DNA of 64,000 bases, from assembly GCA_964555335.1 (NCBI GenBank), contig CAZKSG010000001.1, positions 7,336 to 71,335 of the forward strand, in the 5' to 3' direction. A program made the translations under genes and the position numbers. Origin of the DNA: an uncultured Anaerolinea sp. Its GTDB lineage: Bacteria; Chloroflexota; Anaerolineae; Anaerolineales; Villigracilaceae. The notes under the pieces were generated by a model. That model ran no database searches and was not told the origin of the DNA. It saw only the letters and a program-made list of their open reading frames with translations. Of this stretch, positions 9,518-18,540 are shown piece after piece (the first letter of the stretch is position 1; each line of letters starts with the position of its first letter).

Positions 9518-10549
9518 TTAAAAAATTTGTACCAATGTCCCCTCGCCTGGTTTGTGGATGTAATCTTCCTCCGGCGGGACCGTGGGCAGGCTCCAGCGAT
9601 ACAGGAATTTGGATGCTTCCGAGGGCAGGTTTACACACCCGTGGCTGCGCGGACGGCCGTAATCGTTGTGCCACCACGTTCCATGAAAGGCGTTGCCCTG
9701 GCTGGTAAAGAAGGAACACCACGGCACGCCGGGCAAACTATACACGGATTCCTCCTCCAGTGCGTCGCCTTCGTTCGTCATGTGAATGGAGGGTCCCTTA
9801 TGATATGTACGGAATTCGCCCTTGGGAGTATCGGTCCCTTTGACGCCGCTCGAGCAGCGTTGTGAAAAGACAAGTTTCTCGCCCTCGAAGGCAGTGACCA
9901 GTTGCGTGGTGAGGTCCACCATGATCTTTTTCTCAGCTTCGGGAACTTCCGGGGAAAGCAGGGTCAATTCCTCGTTGGGGATGAGCCGCATATCATGAGC
10001 GGAGATGTAAAAGAATTCCTTGAGATAGGAATCGTAGATCTCGTACCAGATGCTTTTTTCATCCCTGGTGACGATCGTTCGTTTCACCCAATGCGTTGAA
10101 CCATAATAAACGCGGTGAGCGGTTTTAGCGTATGTGTAGGGTCCGCGCCTCGTGATGCTGAAGGGAACAGTGATTTCCCCAACCTGACCAGATTTTGGGA
10201 TGTCGAATTTCGGTTTCTGATAATTGGTTTCTACGGGCTGGATCCAGCCAGAGTAGGTATAGCCTTCACCATTGACCTGATACCAGGCACTGTTATACGG
10301 ATTTCCTGCTTCGCCGTTCTCGTTGATGGATGTGATCTCCAGAACCTCATCTGCGCGGAAGGCGTGGATCTTGTTGGCTTGAAACGTGGGCGCGTCATAC
10401 ATGGGGATACCACTCCAGGTGATGCGTCCCTGTCTAACGGAGGGTGCGGCGAGGGCATGGTCCACGCGCAGGTCTTTGAGTGCATAGGCCAGCGTCCCTG
10501 CGCTGACGAGTTTGAGAAATTCTCTGCGTGTAAGTTGCGGGTTGAGCAT
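9518..10549 (-). CDS. L,D-transpeptidase (YkuD domain) with twin-arginine signal
   Basis: N-terminal TRREFLKL Tat motif. C-terminal HGTWWHNDYGRPRSHGCVNL catalytic signature. Confidence 0.9.
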   Translation of the reverse strand: MLNPQLTRREFLKLVSAGTLAYALKDLRVDHALAAPSVRQGRITWSGIPMYDAPTFQANKIHAFRADEVLEITSINENGEAGNPYNSAWYQVNGEGYTYSGWIQPVETNYQKPKFDIPKSGQVGEITVPFSITRRGPYTYAKTAHRVYYGSTHWVKRTIVTRDEKSIWYEIYDSYLKEFFYISAHDMRLIPNEELTLLSPEVPEAEKKIMVDLTTQLVTAFEGEKLVFSQRCSSGVKGTDTPKGEFRTYHKGPSIHMTNEGDALEEESVYSLPGVPWCSFFTSQGNAFHGTWWHNDYGRPRSHGCVNLPSEASKFLYRWSLPTVPPEEDYIHKPGEGTLVQIF

Positions 10550-10627
10550 GATAGAAGTTTAACTGAAAATAATACGGTTTTGTTCCGCTATTACCTTTTT
10601 CTTATACAAACCTTTTCCACCTGCAGA

Positions 10628-11653
10628 CTATACCTTGATCTCCACCTTTGTCCCTATGTGTCCGTAGGCAAGCTCCTTATCTGGCGGGACGTTGGGGATC
10701 GTCCAGCGGTAGAGCCATTTGGCGGCCTGCGGTGTCAGATTGATGCAGCCGTGACTGCGCGGGCGGCCGTAGTCATTGTGCCAGTAAGTGCCGTGGAAGG
10801 AGATGCCGTTATCTTTGATGTATGTGACCCAGGGCACGCCGGGCAGGTCGAATCCGCTGGCGGCGATATCCCCGGCAGCCATGTGCCGAGTGGGACGTTT
10901 ATGAAATGTGATGAAATCGCCGGTTGGCGTAGTATACGTCCCGCTGCGCAAACGTCCGCCGGTGGCTGTACGCGTGGCGAAGACAATGTTGTTGTTCTCA
11001 TACGCCAATACAAGCTGATCGTTCAACCGCACTTCGATGCGCTTCTCTTTTTCAGGAATATCTGGCGATAACGGAGCCAGCTCCGAATCCTCGAGGAGGC
11101 GGATATGTTCCGCGGGGACATAATAGTATTGCTCAAATTTATCGTCCAGCAGGTAGTACCAGATACTTCCATCTATCGGGTGAACGGCACTGGCTTTGAC
11201 CCAATGGACCGATTCATAATACAGCCGATAAAGCAGTTCTGCATTTGCATCTGGTTTGAGACGCGCCTCGGTAAAGGGCACACTGACCTCCCCTAACGCG
11301 CCTTTGAGCGAGATGTGCTGCGGCTCGTTCAATATTGTGCGGACGGGTTGAACGCTGCCCGAATAAATGTATCCACCCTCTTCCGCTTCATACCAGACAC
11401 GGTTGTATGCAGTCTCATCCACGCCGACGATCGTGTTCGTGATCGGGATGACGATGTCATGCCAGTATAGTTTTTTTCGTTTGGATTGAATGTCGGGTTC
11501 TTCGTAAGACCATAACGTGCGGTCGGTCACACGCCCCTGTAAATTGGTGAAATCGTCAGGCGTCCATGTGGAGAGGTTCGGCAATGTTATCCCCATCAAG
11601 CCGTACCCGCTTAGCTTTAGAAAATCGCGCCGTGAAATTTCAAACTTACTCAT
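10628..11653 (-). CDS. L,D-transpeptidase (YkuD domain) with twin-arginine signal
   Basis: SRRDFLKL Tat motif and HGTYWHNDYGRPRSHGCINL. It is a clear paralog of 9518-10549 along its whole length. Confidence 0.9.
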   Translation of the reverse strand: MSKFEISRRDFLKLSGYGLMGITLPNLSTWTPDDFTNLQGRVTDRTLWSYEEPDIQSKRKKLYWHDIVIPITNTIVGVDETAYNRVWYEAEEGGYIYSGSVQPVRTILNEPQHISLKGALGEVSVPFTEARLKPDANAELLYRLYYESVHWVKASAVHPIDGSIWYYLLDDKFEQYYYVPAEHIRLLEDSELAPLSPDIPEKEKRIEVRLNDQLVLAYENNNIVFATRTATGGRLRSGTYTTPTGDFITFHKRPTRHMAAGDIAASGFDLPGVPWVTYIKDNGISFHGTYWHNDYGRPRSHGCINLTPQAAKWLYRWTIPNVPPDKELAYGHIGTKVEIKV

Positions 11654-11663
11654 GGTTAAAACA

Positions 11664-11700
11664 GGTGACAGCCACTTTCAAAGTGGCCGTCACCTATGCT
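11664..11700 (-). terminator. Palindromic hairpin between tandem L,D-transpeptidase genes
   Basis: ggtgacagccacttt / aaagtggccgtcacc with one mismatch, followed on the minus strand by TGTTTT. The arm sequence is shared with the hairpin at 20703. Confidence 0.45.
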
Positions 11701-11702
11701 TG

Positions 11703-12881
11703 CTAATAATGTACATTGACCAGCGTGCCCACCGATGCCCAGTTATACAACCAGGCTGCATCATCGGTGCGCAAGTTCACACAGCCATGACTCATCGGGT
11801 GGCCGAAGTTGTTATGCCAGTAGGTGCCGTGCAGTCCATATCCTTTATAAAAATACATCACATAGGGAACATTCGGCAGATAGTATCCGGGGCCAGACAT
11901 CTTGGTTGAGCGATACTTGACGTAGATATTGTATTGTCCAGTGACAGTGGGCGTCAGCCAGGTCCCTGTTGACACGATGAACGAATTAACAACCACATCG
12001 CCTTCATAGGCATACACAGCCTGGTTGGTGAGATCCACATCGATCCAACGGACGCCGTTACCGCTTTTCGCAACATCGGGCAGTTCTCCAGATGGAACCG
12101 GCGCAACATAGGCACTGGTGGGAGTGTCTTCAACGATATCCATTGCCATTGTGCCGGGAGTTTCTGTTGCAGCAGGCGTGGATGTCGGCGCTTCGGTTGG
12201 GATGTCTGTGGGGCTATCTGTAGGAGCCAATGTTGGCTCTTCTGTGGGGGCAGTTGTTGGGGATACTTTCGTGGTCTGTGGTGTCGCGGTATCGGACGTT
12301 TGAGCGAATGCACTCGGGTCAATGGGAGTGACAGACGGTTTTGCGATCTCCATCGGTGCCCAGAGATTTTCCTGTGTGGGAGCCGGTGCGCTGCCCAGAA
12401 TGGAGGCGAATGCCGGATGTGTCACAGCCGAATAGGCGGCCACAACTCCCACCGCACAGATCAACAGACCCAGGAACGCAGCCGCGAAGATCAGTTTCCG
12501 ATTATTGGATTTTTTCTTCGGTTGCGAGGTTTCCTCGACCGGTTCGATCTTCTGCGACAAAACAGGTTTCGATGGAGTGACCGGAACAGCTACCGGCGCT
12601 TCTCGCGAAGGCGCAGCCTGTTTGATCTGACCCTGGACCCACTCCACGGCTTTACGGGCGCGCGTGCTCGATGGGTTGATCTGCAATGCCTTCTGTGCGT
12701 ACGCCAACGCTTCTTCAGGATTGGGGTCCGATGCTGCGAGGATCAGCCACGCATCTTCCATATCCGGGACAAGCAGGGCGGCCTGTTCCCCCGATTTCCA
12801 TGCAGAAGTTTTGTCGCCGCGGCGGAGGGACTCACGGGCTTTGATGACTAGATCACGAGCTTCGATGAATTTGGTGTTCAT
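11703..12881 (-). CDS. TPR - TM - PT-rich linker - L,D-transpeptidase
   Basis: N-terminal TPR-like helices, one TM segment (LIFAAAFLGLLICAVGVVAAY), a P/T-rich linker, and C-terminal HGTYWHNNFGHPMSHGCVNL. Confidence 0.85.
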   Translation of the reverse strand: MNTKFIEARDLVIKARESLRRGDKTSAWKSGEQAALLVPDMEDAWLILAASDPNPEEALAYAQKALQINPSSTRARKAVEWVQGQIKQAAPSREAPVAVPVTPSKPVLSQKIEPVEETSQPKKKSNNRKLIFAAAFLGLLICAVGVVAAYSAVTHPAFASILGSAPAPTQENLWAPMEIAKPSVTPIDPSAFAQTSDTATPQTTKVSPTTAPTEEPTLAPTDSPTDIPTEAPTSTPAATETPGTMAMDIVEDTPTSAYVAPVPSGELPDVAKSGNGVRWIDVDLTNQAVYAYEGDVVVNSFIVSTGTWLTPTVTGQYNIYVKYRSTKMSGPGYYLPNVPYVMYFYKGYGLHGTYWHNNFGHPMSHGCVNLRTDDAAWLYNWASVGTLVNVHY

Positions 12882-12974
12882 AAGGGTACCTTTAATAAAT
12901 GCTTGATGTTACGAGGAGATTGCTTCGCCTTCGGCTCGCAACCCCGTTGAAAACATGCGGGGCAATGACATTCC

Positions 12975-13676
12975 TCACCATTGGATTTCTACTGGCGTAC
13001 CAAGCTCCGCCCAGTCGTACAAGACCTGTGCTTCGTAGCTTCCCAGGACGACGCATCCATACGAAATCGGGCGCCCGAGGAAGCCGGCCCATAATGTCGC
13101 GCCACTCGGCAGGATCGGCAGGGCGTGAATGCCATTTTCCAGTCCGCCGGCCCAATAGATGCCGAGCCAGCTTGGCATCCAGATATTCCATGTGGAACCG
13201 TAAGCGTTGGGAATCTTGCTTTGCACAGCGAATGTCCCAACGCGTGTGGCGTTATTCATGCCGGTCGATGCAACAAAACTGTAGACCAGCGCGTCACCTT
13301 CATAGACGTACATATGCTGTTCGGAAATATCCACGAGGATATATTTCGAGCCTCCATATGCAGCTACGTTCCCAGCTTGTGGAGCTGCATACGTGGGCAC
13401 GGGTGTGTCTTCAATAATTTCCATCGCCATTTGACCCGGCGTAGCCGTGGCTTCTGGTGTGGATGTGGGCATTTCGGTAGGTGTGGCCGCGACCGTTGCA
13501 GTATAGGTGGGCTTGGGCAGTTCGACATACGCCCACAGGTTTTCCTGTGTAGGCGTTGGGCTGCTGAAGATGGCAGCACTGACCGGCGAGGTGGCGAAGA
13601 AAAAAAGTCCCAGTGAGAAGACGATAAAGAGTGGGATCAACCACAGGCTTGGATGGATGCGAAAGCGTGTTTTCAT
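12975..13676 (-). CDS. L,D-transpeptidase-like protein with variant active-site motif
   Basis: Signal/TM segment and a PT linker homologous to that of 11703-12881 (ENLWA...TPG.MAM.I.EDTP). The YkuD-like C-terminus reads IHALP...GRPISYGCVVL, so SHGC is replaced by SYGC. Confidence 0.75.
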   Translation of the reverse strand: MKTRFRIHPSLWLIPLFIVFSLGLFFFATSPVSAAIFSSPTPTQENLWAYVELPKPTYTATVAATPTEMPTSTPEATATPGQMAMEIIEDTPVPTYAAPQAGNVAAYGGSKYILVDISEQHMYVYEGDALVYSFVASTGMNNATRVGTFAVQSKIPNAYGSTWNIWMPSWLGIYWAGGLENGIHALPILPSGATLWAGFLGRPISYGCVVLGSYEAQVLYDWAELGTPVEIQW

Positions 13677-14458
13677 GGGGTCAAATTGGGAATGGCGGTT
13701 GGTTCGATATTTTCATTATTGGCAAAACATTGAATGCCGTCCACGATCCCGGCGGCAACGAGATCGGTCTTTTTGGTCAGGATTTCCCGATCGAGATTGA
13801 GAAATCCGGTTTCGATAATGGCGGCGACTGTGCTCGGGTCGATCTCGCGGAAGGCATGATACTCGCGCATATCACCGGTGATGCTTCCGGCGTGGAAGGT
13901 CATCTGAGTGAGATGCTGGTAACGGTCTACAAGACAGGCAGTAAGACGATTGGCACGGTTCACGTCATTGGTGTTGAGCGCTGCTGCCACCTTGAAGCCC
14001 GTAGCCTGATCGTTGATGTACTCGCACGAGTCGTTGTGGATGGACACGATAGCCAGGGCGCGATACCCATTGAGACGCGTGTCGAATTCGCGCAGCAGAT
14101 CTACTTCGAAGCCCTTTTGTTTGAGCTGCTGCTCGACCAACGCGGCGATCTTGAGATTGAGATCGGCTTCGGTGAGCGTGACGTTGCCGTTGCCGTCATA
14201 GCAGACCGCGCCGGAGTCGTTTCCAGAATGCCCGGCCACGATGCCAATGCGCAGTTTTGTTTGTGAAGCCAGGGGAGCACCTTCACCGGGTCGCGGGGTC
14301 AGGATGAGGCTCAGGCGATCGTAGAATTCCCCCGAGACCAGCCCCCGTGAGGGCAGTGCGGTAAAGAGCGTTGCCAATAAAATGGCAATGCCCAGAGTGG
14401 CCTGCACTGCTCGAACCGGGCGTTTCGCCCTCAGGGGACGGGAGGATGTCGAGTCCAT
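13673..14458 (-). CDS. N-acetylmuramoyl-L-alanine amidase (Amidase_3 family)
   Basis: IGIVAGHSGNDSGAV, SIHNDS and ETGFLN blocks with an N-terminal TM segment. Its stop overlaps the downstream ATG by 4 nt (ATGA). Confidence 0.85.
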   Translation of the reverse strand: MDSTSSRPLRAKRPVRAVQATLGIAILLATLFTALPSRGLVSGEFYDRLSLILTPRPGEGAPLASQTKLRIGIVAGHSGNDSGAVCYDGNGNVTLTEADLNLKIAALVEQQLKQKGFEVDLLREFDTRLNGYRALAIVSIHNDSCEYINDQATGFKVAAALNTNDVNRANRLTACLVDRYQHLTQMTFHAGSITGDMREYHAFREIDPSTVAAIIETGFLNLDREILTKKTDLVAAGIVDGIQCFANNENIEPTAIPNLTP

Positions 14459-14615
14459 GTCTCTTGCGCATAATAGTACCTTTTAAAAGGGCAGCTTGCA
14501 AGGGAAAAAAAGGCGGAAATGCGCTCTTTTTTAAACGTTTGGGATGTCGCGTTGGTTTCCGATTTCGCAGGGTTTTTGTGTTTGTAAGAACTTTGTCCGC
14601 AGTGCGGTTTTTATC

Positions 14616-14644
14616 TTGACGCTCCCCTGCCTCGAAAGTATGAT
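14616..14644 (+). promoter_or_regulatory. Candidate sigma-70 promoter
   Basis: TTGACG (14616-14621), a 17-nt spacer, then TATGAT (14639-14644). It lies about 20 nt upstream of the ATG at 14665. Confidence 0.45.
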
Positions 14645-14664
14645 GATTCTATTGGAGAAATTTT

Positions 14665-15147
14665 ATGACCCTTGACCCTGAACAACTCCGCCATGCCATG
14701 CGCGCGTGGACCACAGGTGTGGCGGTCGTCACAGCCCAGCATGACGGTCAACGATATGGAATGACGGTAAATTCGTTTACATCGATCTCACTCGATCCGC
14801 CGCTGGTCTCGGTGGCGTTAAAAAACCTGACCCGTACGTATGACCTGGTGACCAAAGCCAATGAATTTTCGGTGACGATCTTGTCTTCGAATCAGCAGGA
14901 ACTTTCCGACCGTTTTGCAGGCCGGTTCCCTCATATTCAGGACCGTTTTGATGGAGTGGAAATGGAAACTCTTGCCATCCCTGCCCCGCTGCTCAAAGGT
15001 GGGATGGCCTATTTCAATTGTCATGTCAGAGATGCGTTCCTGGTGGGTGATAATACGCTCTTCGTTGCCGAAGTCATTGCGGCGCGAGGCGAAGGCGATG
15101 GCGTCCCTTTGGTGTATCATAACCGTGGATATTGGAAGCTGATGTAA
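14665..15147 (+). CDS. Flavin reductase family protein (FMN-binding split barrel)
   Basis: GVAVVT......G.TVNSF.S.SL.PPLV..... is the typical flavin reductase-like domain signature. Size 160 aa. Confidence 0.85.
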   Translation: MTLDPEQLRHAMRAWTTGVAVVTAQHDGQRYGMTVNSFTSISLDPPLVSVALKNLTRTYDLVTKANEFSVTILSSNQQELSDRFAGRFPHIQDRFDGVEMETLAIPAPLLKGGMAYFNCHVRDAFLVGDNTLFVAEVIAARGEGDGVPLVYHNRGYWKLM

Positions 15148-15170
15148 TTCAAGTTTGGGAGGACAAACCG

Positions 15171-15752
15171 ATGGAAGATGGATTGACTCTCGATGAACAA
15201 AAGACATTGCTGCGCATGGCGCGCGATGCAATGGAATGCGGTGTACGGGGCGAGAAGCTGCCACCGCTGGATGAATCATCCCTTACACCGCATCTGCGAG
15301 AGAACGGTGCATCGTTCGTGACGCTAACGATACACGGTCAACTGCGCGGATGCATCGGCGCACTGGAGCCCTATCAACCACTGGCGGAGGACGTGCGCGA
15401 ACACGCCGTTGCGGCCGCGCTTGAAGACCCGCGCTTCCCGTCGGTGAGTGAGCGGGAATTAAAAGGGATCCAGATCGAGGTCTCGCGATTGACCCGCCCC
15501 GTCCCGCTGGAATACAAGGATGCGCAAGACCTGCTCTCGAAGTTGCGCCGGCATGTGGATGGTGTCATCCTGCGTGATGGGTTCCGCCGGGCCACATTCC
15601 TGCCGCAGGTGTGGGAGAAAATTCCCGACCCGGCCGAGTTTCTCGATAACCTGTGCTACAAGATGGGAGCCGGTCCCAGCCTGTGGCGCACACAGCATCT
15701 CGATGTACTGATCTACCAGGTACAGGAATTTCACGAGTCTCCAAACATGTAA
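15171..15752 (+). CDS. AMMECR1 domain protein (AmmeMemoRadiSam system protein A-like)
   Basis: GASFVTL...G.LRGCIG....PL and DPRF blocks. The ATG at 15171 follows GGAGGA. The longer ORF from 15132 overlaps the upstream gene. Confidence 0.85.
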   Translation: MEDGLTLDEQKTLLRMARDAMECGVRGEKLPPLDESSLTPHLRENGASFVTLTIHGQLRGCIGALEPYQPLAEDVREHAVAAALEDPRFPSVSERELKGIQIEVSRLTRPVPLEYKDAQDLLSKLRRHVDGVILRDGFRRATFLPQVWEKIPDPAEFLDNLCYKMGAGPSLWRTQHLDVLIYQVQEFHESPNM

Positions 15753-15798
15753 GCAGGTTGTGCCTACCTTTCAAGGTTGACTGCGGTAAAATCGGTTC

Positions 15799-17655
15799 AT
15801 GGCCGAAGACGATGTTGTTTTCCAGGAAGCAGTGGAAGCCCTTCGAGAGGGGAAAAAAGCTCGTGCCCGCGAGTTATTAACCGGCCTGCTTAAGACCGAT
15901 CAAAATAACGCGACCTATTGGGTGTGGATGAGCGCCACCATGGATACGGCCAAGGAGCGCATCTACTGCCTGCAGACTGCTCTCAAACTGGACCCGGAAA
16001 ATACGACCGCCAAACGTGGCTTGATCCTGCACGGTGCGCTGCCACCGGATGAAAGTGTCCAGCCATTCCCGGTGAACCGTCCGCGTTCATGGGAGGAGAA
16101 ACTCCTGCTTGCCCATGAAAAGCCGAAGCTTAAGGGATGGGCGGCGGTCAAAGCCAGCCCTGTAGCCCGCATTGGCGGTTTCGTCGCGTTGGCTGGTGTG
16201 CTGGTCTCTGCGGTGTTATTTGGCTTTGTGATCCCACGTATGAATAATGTGGTGCGCACACCCACAGTCACACCGGGACCTTCTCCCACATTCACATTGA
16301 CTCCCACCGCTCTGAACGCAACCGGGCAGCCAGTGGTCATCGGTACATCGGCGCCGCTTTCTGAGTTGTTATCGGCTCCGCATACGCCGACACCATTGTA
16401 TGTGGTTACGCCCGGCTCCCCATTGACATCTGACCTGTATCGCGCGGCAAGGCTTGCCTACAGCCAGGGCAAATGGGCGGAAGTGATCCGTATTTATCAG
16501 GATGTCATCCGCAATGACCCACAGGCTGCCGACGCCTACTACTATATAGGTGAAGCCTATCGCTTCCAGGGAGATTTTGCCCGCGCGATCGATGCGCAGC
16601 AATCTGCCCTGGGCGTGAACCCGGACTTCGGTCCTGCGTATGTGGGATTGGCGCGCACCCGATTGAGCATCGACCCGAATACGGATGTCCGTTCATTTTT
16701 GGATGAAGCGATCCGTCTCGATCCGAACTTTGGTGAGGCATACCTTGAACGTGCCAAGGCTCGTATAAAGCAGAATGATGTTTCCGGTGCACTCGAGGAC
16801 CTTGCCAATGCTGATTCGCGCCTGCCCAATTCTCCACTGGTTTTTTATACATTAGCACTTGCCCGTCTGCAGGAAGGTGACATGAAGCTTGCCCTGGCTG
16901 CAGCACAGCGCGCCAACCAACTGGATGTCACACACCTGGAGACGTATCTGCTGCTTGGTCAGATCTACTCCCAGATGGATAACCAGGAGGAAGCGGTCAA
17001 GGCGTTGAATATCTATCTCAAGTATCGTTCCAACGACAGTTCTGCCTATATGTTGCTCGGCAAGATGCAGTTCGATGACCAGAAATATGAAGATGCGATC
17101 GACAGTATGAACAAGGTTGTGGTACTCGACCGTAACCGGCGCGAAGCATATCTGGTTCGTTTCTTATCCAACATCGAACTGGGTCGTGGGCAGCAGGCCG
17201 AAGAGGATGTGGACCGCGTCCAGTTGTTCTATCCCGATTCATTCGATGTGCAGGTCGCCGTCATCCGCATGCAGATCCTGCTGAACCATTACGGCACCGC
17301 CCTGCTCGAACTGGACAAGGCCAAAGTACTGGCAGACACCGACGAACAGAAGGCAACCTATTATTACTGGGCGGCTCTGGTCTACGAAGGCCGCAAGGAC
17401 CTCCCCACTGCCGCCGACTTCTGGCAGCAATTGCTCGACCTGCCCGAAGACGCAATGACTGCCGATATGCGCACAGAAGCGGAACAGCATTTGAAAGAGA
17501 TAGGTCCAACCGCCACACCGACGCGCACCTCGGGTCCACGCACGCCAACGAAGACGCCAACCCCCACCAAACCGGTCACAGTGACCGTGACAGCAACGAA
17601 GAAACCAACAACCCCAACGCCAACCCCCACACGGACGCCGACACCTACTCCGTAA
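15799..17655 (+). CDS. TPR repeat protein with one TM segment and C-terminal PT-rich tail
   Basis: Repeated A..Y..G.AY....-type 34-aa motifs, a TM segment (IGGFVALAGVLVSAVLFGFVI), and a tail TPTKTPTPTKP...TPTPTPTRTPTPTP. Confidence 0.8.
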   Translation: MAEDDVVFQEAVEALREGKKARARELLTGLLKTDQNNATYWVWMSATMDTAKERIYCLQTALKLDPENTTAKRGLILHGALPPDESVQPFPVNRPRSWEEKLLLAHEKPKLKGWAAVKASPVARIGGFVALAGVLVSAVLFGFVIPRMNNVVRTPTVTPGPSPTFTLTPTALNATGQPVVIGTSAPLSELLSAPHTPTPLYVVTPGSPLTSDLYRAARLAYSQGKWAEVIRIYQDVIRNDPQAADAYYYIGEAYRFQGDFARAIDAQQSALGVNPDFGPAYVGLARTRLSIDPNTDVRSFLDEAIRLDPNFGEAYLERAKARIKQNDVSGALEDLANADSRLPNSPLVFYTLALARLQEGDMKLALAAAQRANQLDVTHLETYLLLGQIYSQMDNQEEAVKALNIYLKYRSNDSSAYMLLGKMQFDDQKYEDAIDSMNKVVVLDRNRREAYLVRFLSNIELGRGQQAEEDVDRVQLFYPDSFDVQVAVIRMQILLNHYGTALLELDKAKVLADTDEQKATYYYWAALVYEGRKDLPTAADFWQQLLDLPEDAMTADMRTEAEQHLKEIGPTATPTRTSGPRTPTKTPTPTKPVTVTVTATKKPTTPTPTPTRTPTPTP

Positions 17656-17659
17656 ATAA

Positions 17660-17691
17660 AAAGAGCGACTGAAACATCAGTCGCTCTTTTT
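17660..17691. terminator. Bidirectional rho-independent terminator
   Basis: A-run, stem agagcgactg / cagtcgctct with a 6-nt loop, T-run. It lies between convergent stops at 17655 (+) and 17693 (-). Confidence 0.75.
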
Positions 17692-17692
17692 A

Positions 17693-18040
17693 TTATTTTC
17701 CGTACTTTGCTCGATCTTCAGCACAGGGACATAACGCCCGCAAATAGTGCCAGTTGTAAATGCCGTAATCGTGACCATCCTCCCAGACGATGGTCAGGGC
17801 ATAGGAGCCAACCGCCACCACATTCGCGATGCGAGTCGATTCGGTATCGCCGAGTTTGATTTCGAATACATCTGCATCAGGCTCAGACTTCATATTCTCA
17901 TGTCCGCCGCGGCAGGAGGCACAGGGGCAGGCCGCGCGCAGCAACTCGAACGGATATATGCTGGTGTGATTGTCACTCCACGTGACAGTGAATTCCCTTG
18001 TCTTTTTGTTGGCGGTAATGCCAGTGGGTCTCTCGTTCAT
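17693..18040 (-). CDS. DUF971 domain protein (gamma-butyrobetaine hydroxylase-like N-terminal fold)
   Basis: W.D.H.S.Y....LR..CPCA.C and a second CPC near the C-terminus are typical of DUF971. Confidence 0.7.
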   Translation of the reverse strand: MNERPTGITANKKTREFTVTWSDNHTSIYPFELLRAACPCASCRGGHENMKSEPDADVFEIKLGDTESTRIANVVAVGSYALTIVWEDGHDYGIYNWHYLRALCPCAEDRAKYGK

Positions 18041-18063
18041 GTTTTATCTTTCTTGTAGAAGAA

Positions 18064-18540
18064 TTATTGTGTTGGCGCAGGGATAAACGTTAGAAAATCG
18101 GCTGCCGCCCAGCCGACGCGCGTATCATCGTACGGGGCAACCAGATACCACCAGACGAATCCATCCGCTTCACGCGGTCCATCTTTGACGATGAAGACTT
18201 CCGAGTCGAAGCCAAGAAATTCTGGGTTGCCGTTCAGCCCCGGCTCAGAGCGAATGCGCAGCCCTTCGCCATCTGTCCCGGAGATCTGGACATAGTTACC
18301 GATGGCGATCCCAGTTGGGGTGGGAGTTGGAGCGAACGGGTCAATCGTCGCTGTAGCCGGTGCGCTCGATGTGGATGTTGGGGCGGGGATGACGGTCAGA
18401 TCCGCGGGGGCAAAGCCAATGTCTGCTGTCTGGCGCGCTGAGGTCAATCCAATGGAGATGGCGGTGATCAGGGTCAGCAACCCGGCGAGCAGGATTCCGC
18501 CGAGAATGACCCATTTATTAAAAAGCTGGCGAGCGTTCAT
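18064..18540 (-). CDS. Membrane-anchored bacterial SH3-like domain protein
   Basis: N-terminal TM segment, a PT linker, then GNYVQISGTDGEGLRIRSEPG (SH3b-like). Confidence 0.55.
   Translation of the reverse strand: MNARQLFNKWVILGGILLAGLLTLITAISIGLTSARQTADIGFAPADLTVIPAPTSTSSAPATATIDPFAPTPTPTGIAIGNYVQISGTDGEGLRIRSEPGLNGNPEFLGFDSEVFIVKDGPREADGFVWWYLVAPYDDTRVGWAAADFLTFIPAPTQ

Noticed and set aside
10115-11071. A 318-aa plus-strand ORF, together with similar ones at 9473-9865, 8664-9521 and 13631-14266.
   Set aside because: All are antisense to L,D-transpeptidase, amidase or LURP-like genes that have clear catalytic motifs. None has a ribosome-binding site or family signature.
17575-17600. Possible repeat array or CRISPR-like signal from gtcacagtgaccgtgacag and the VTVT-encoding hairpins.
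   Set aside because: These are single occurrences inside a PT/VT-rich coding tail or are terminator stems. There is no regularly spaced repeat-spacer structure anywhere in the window.
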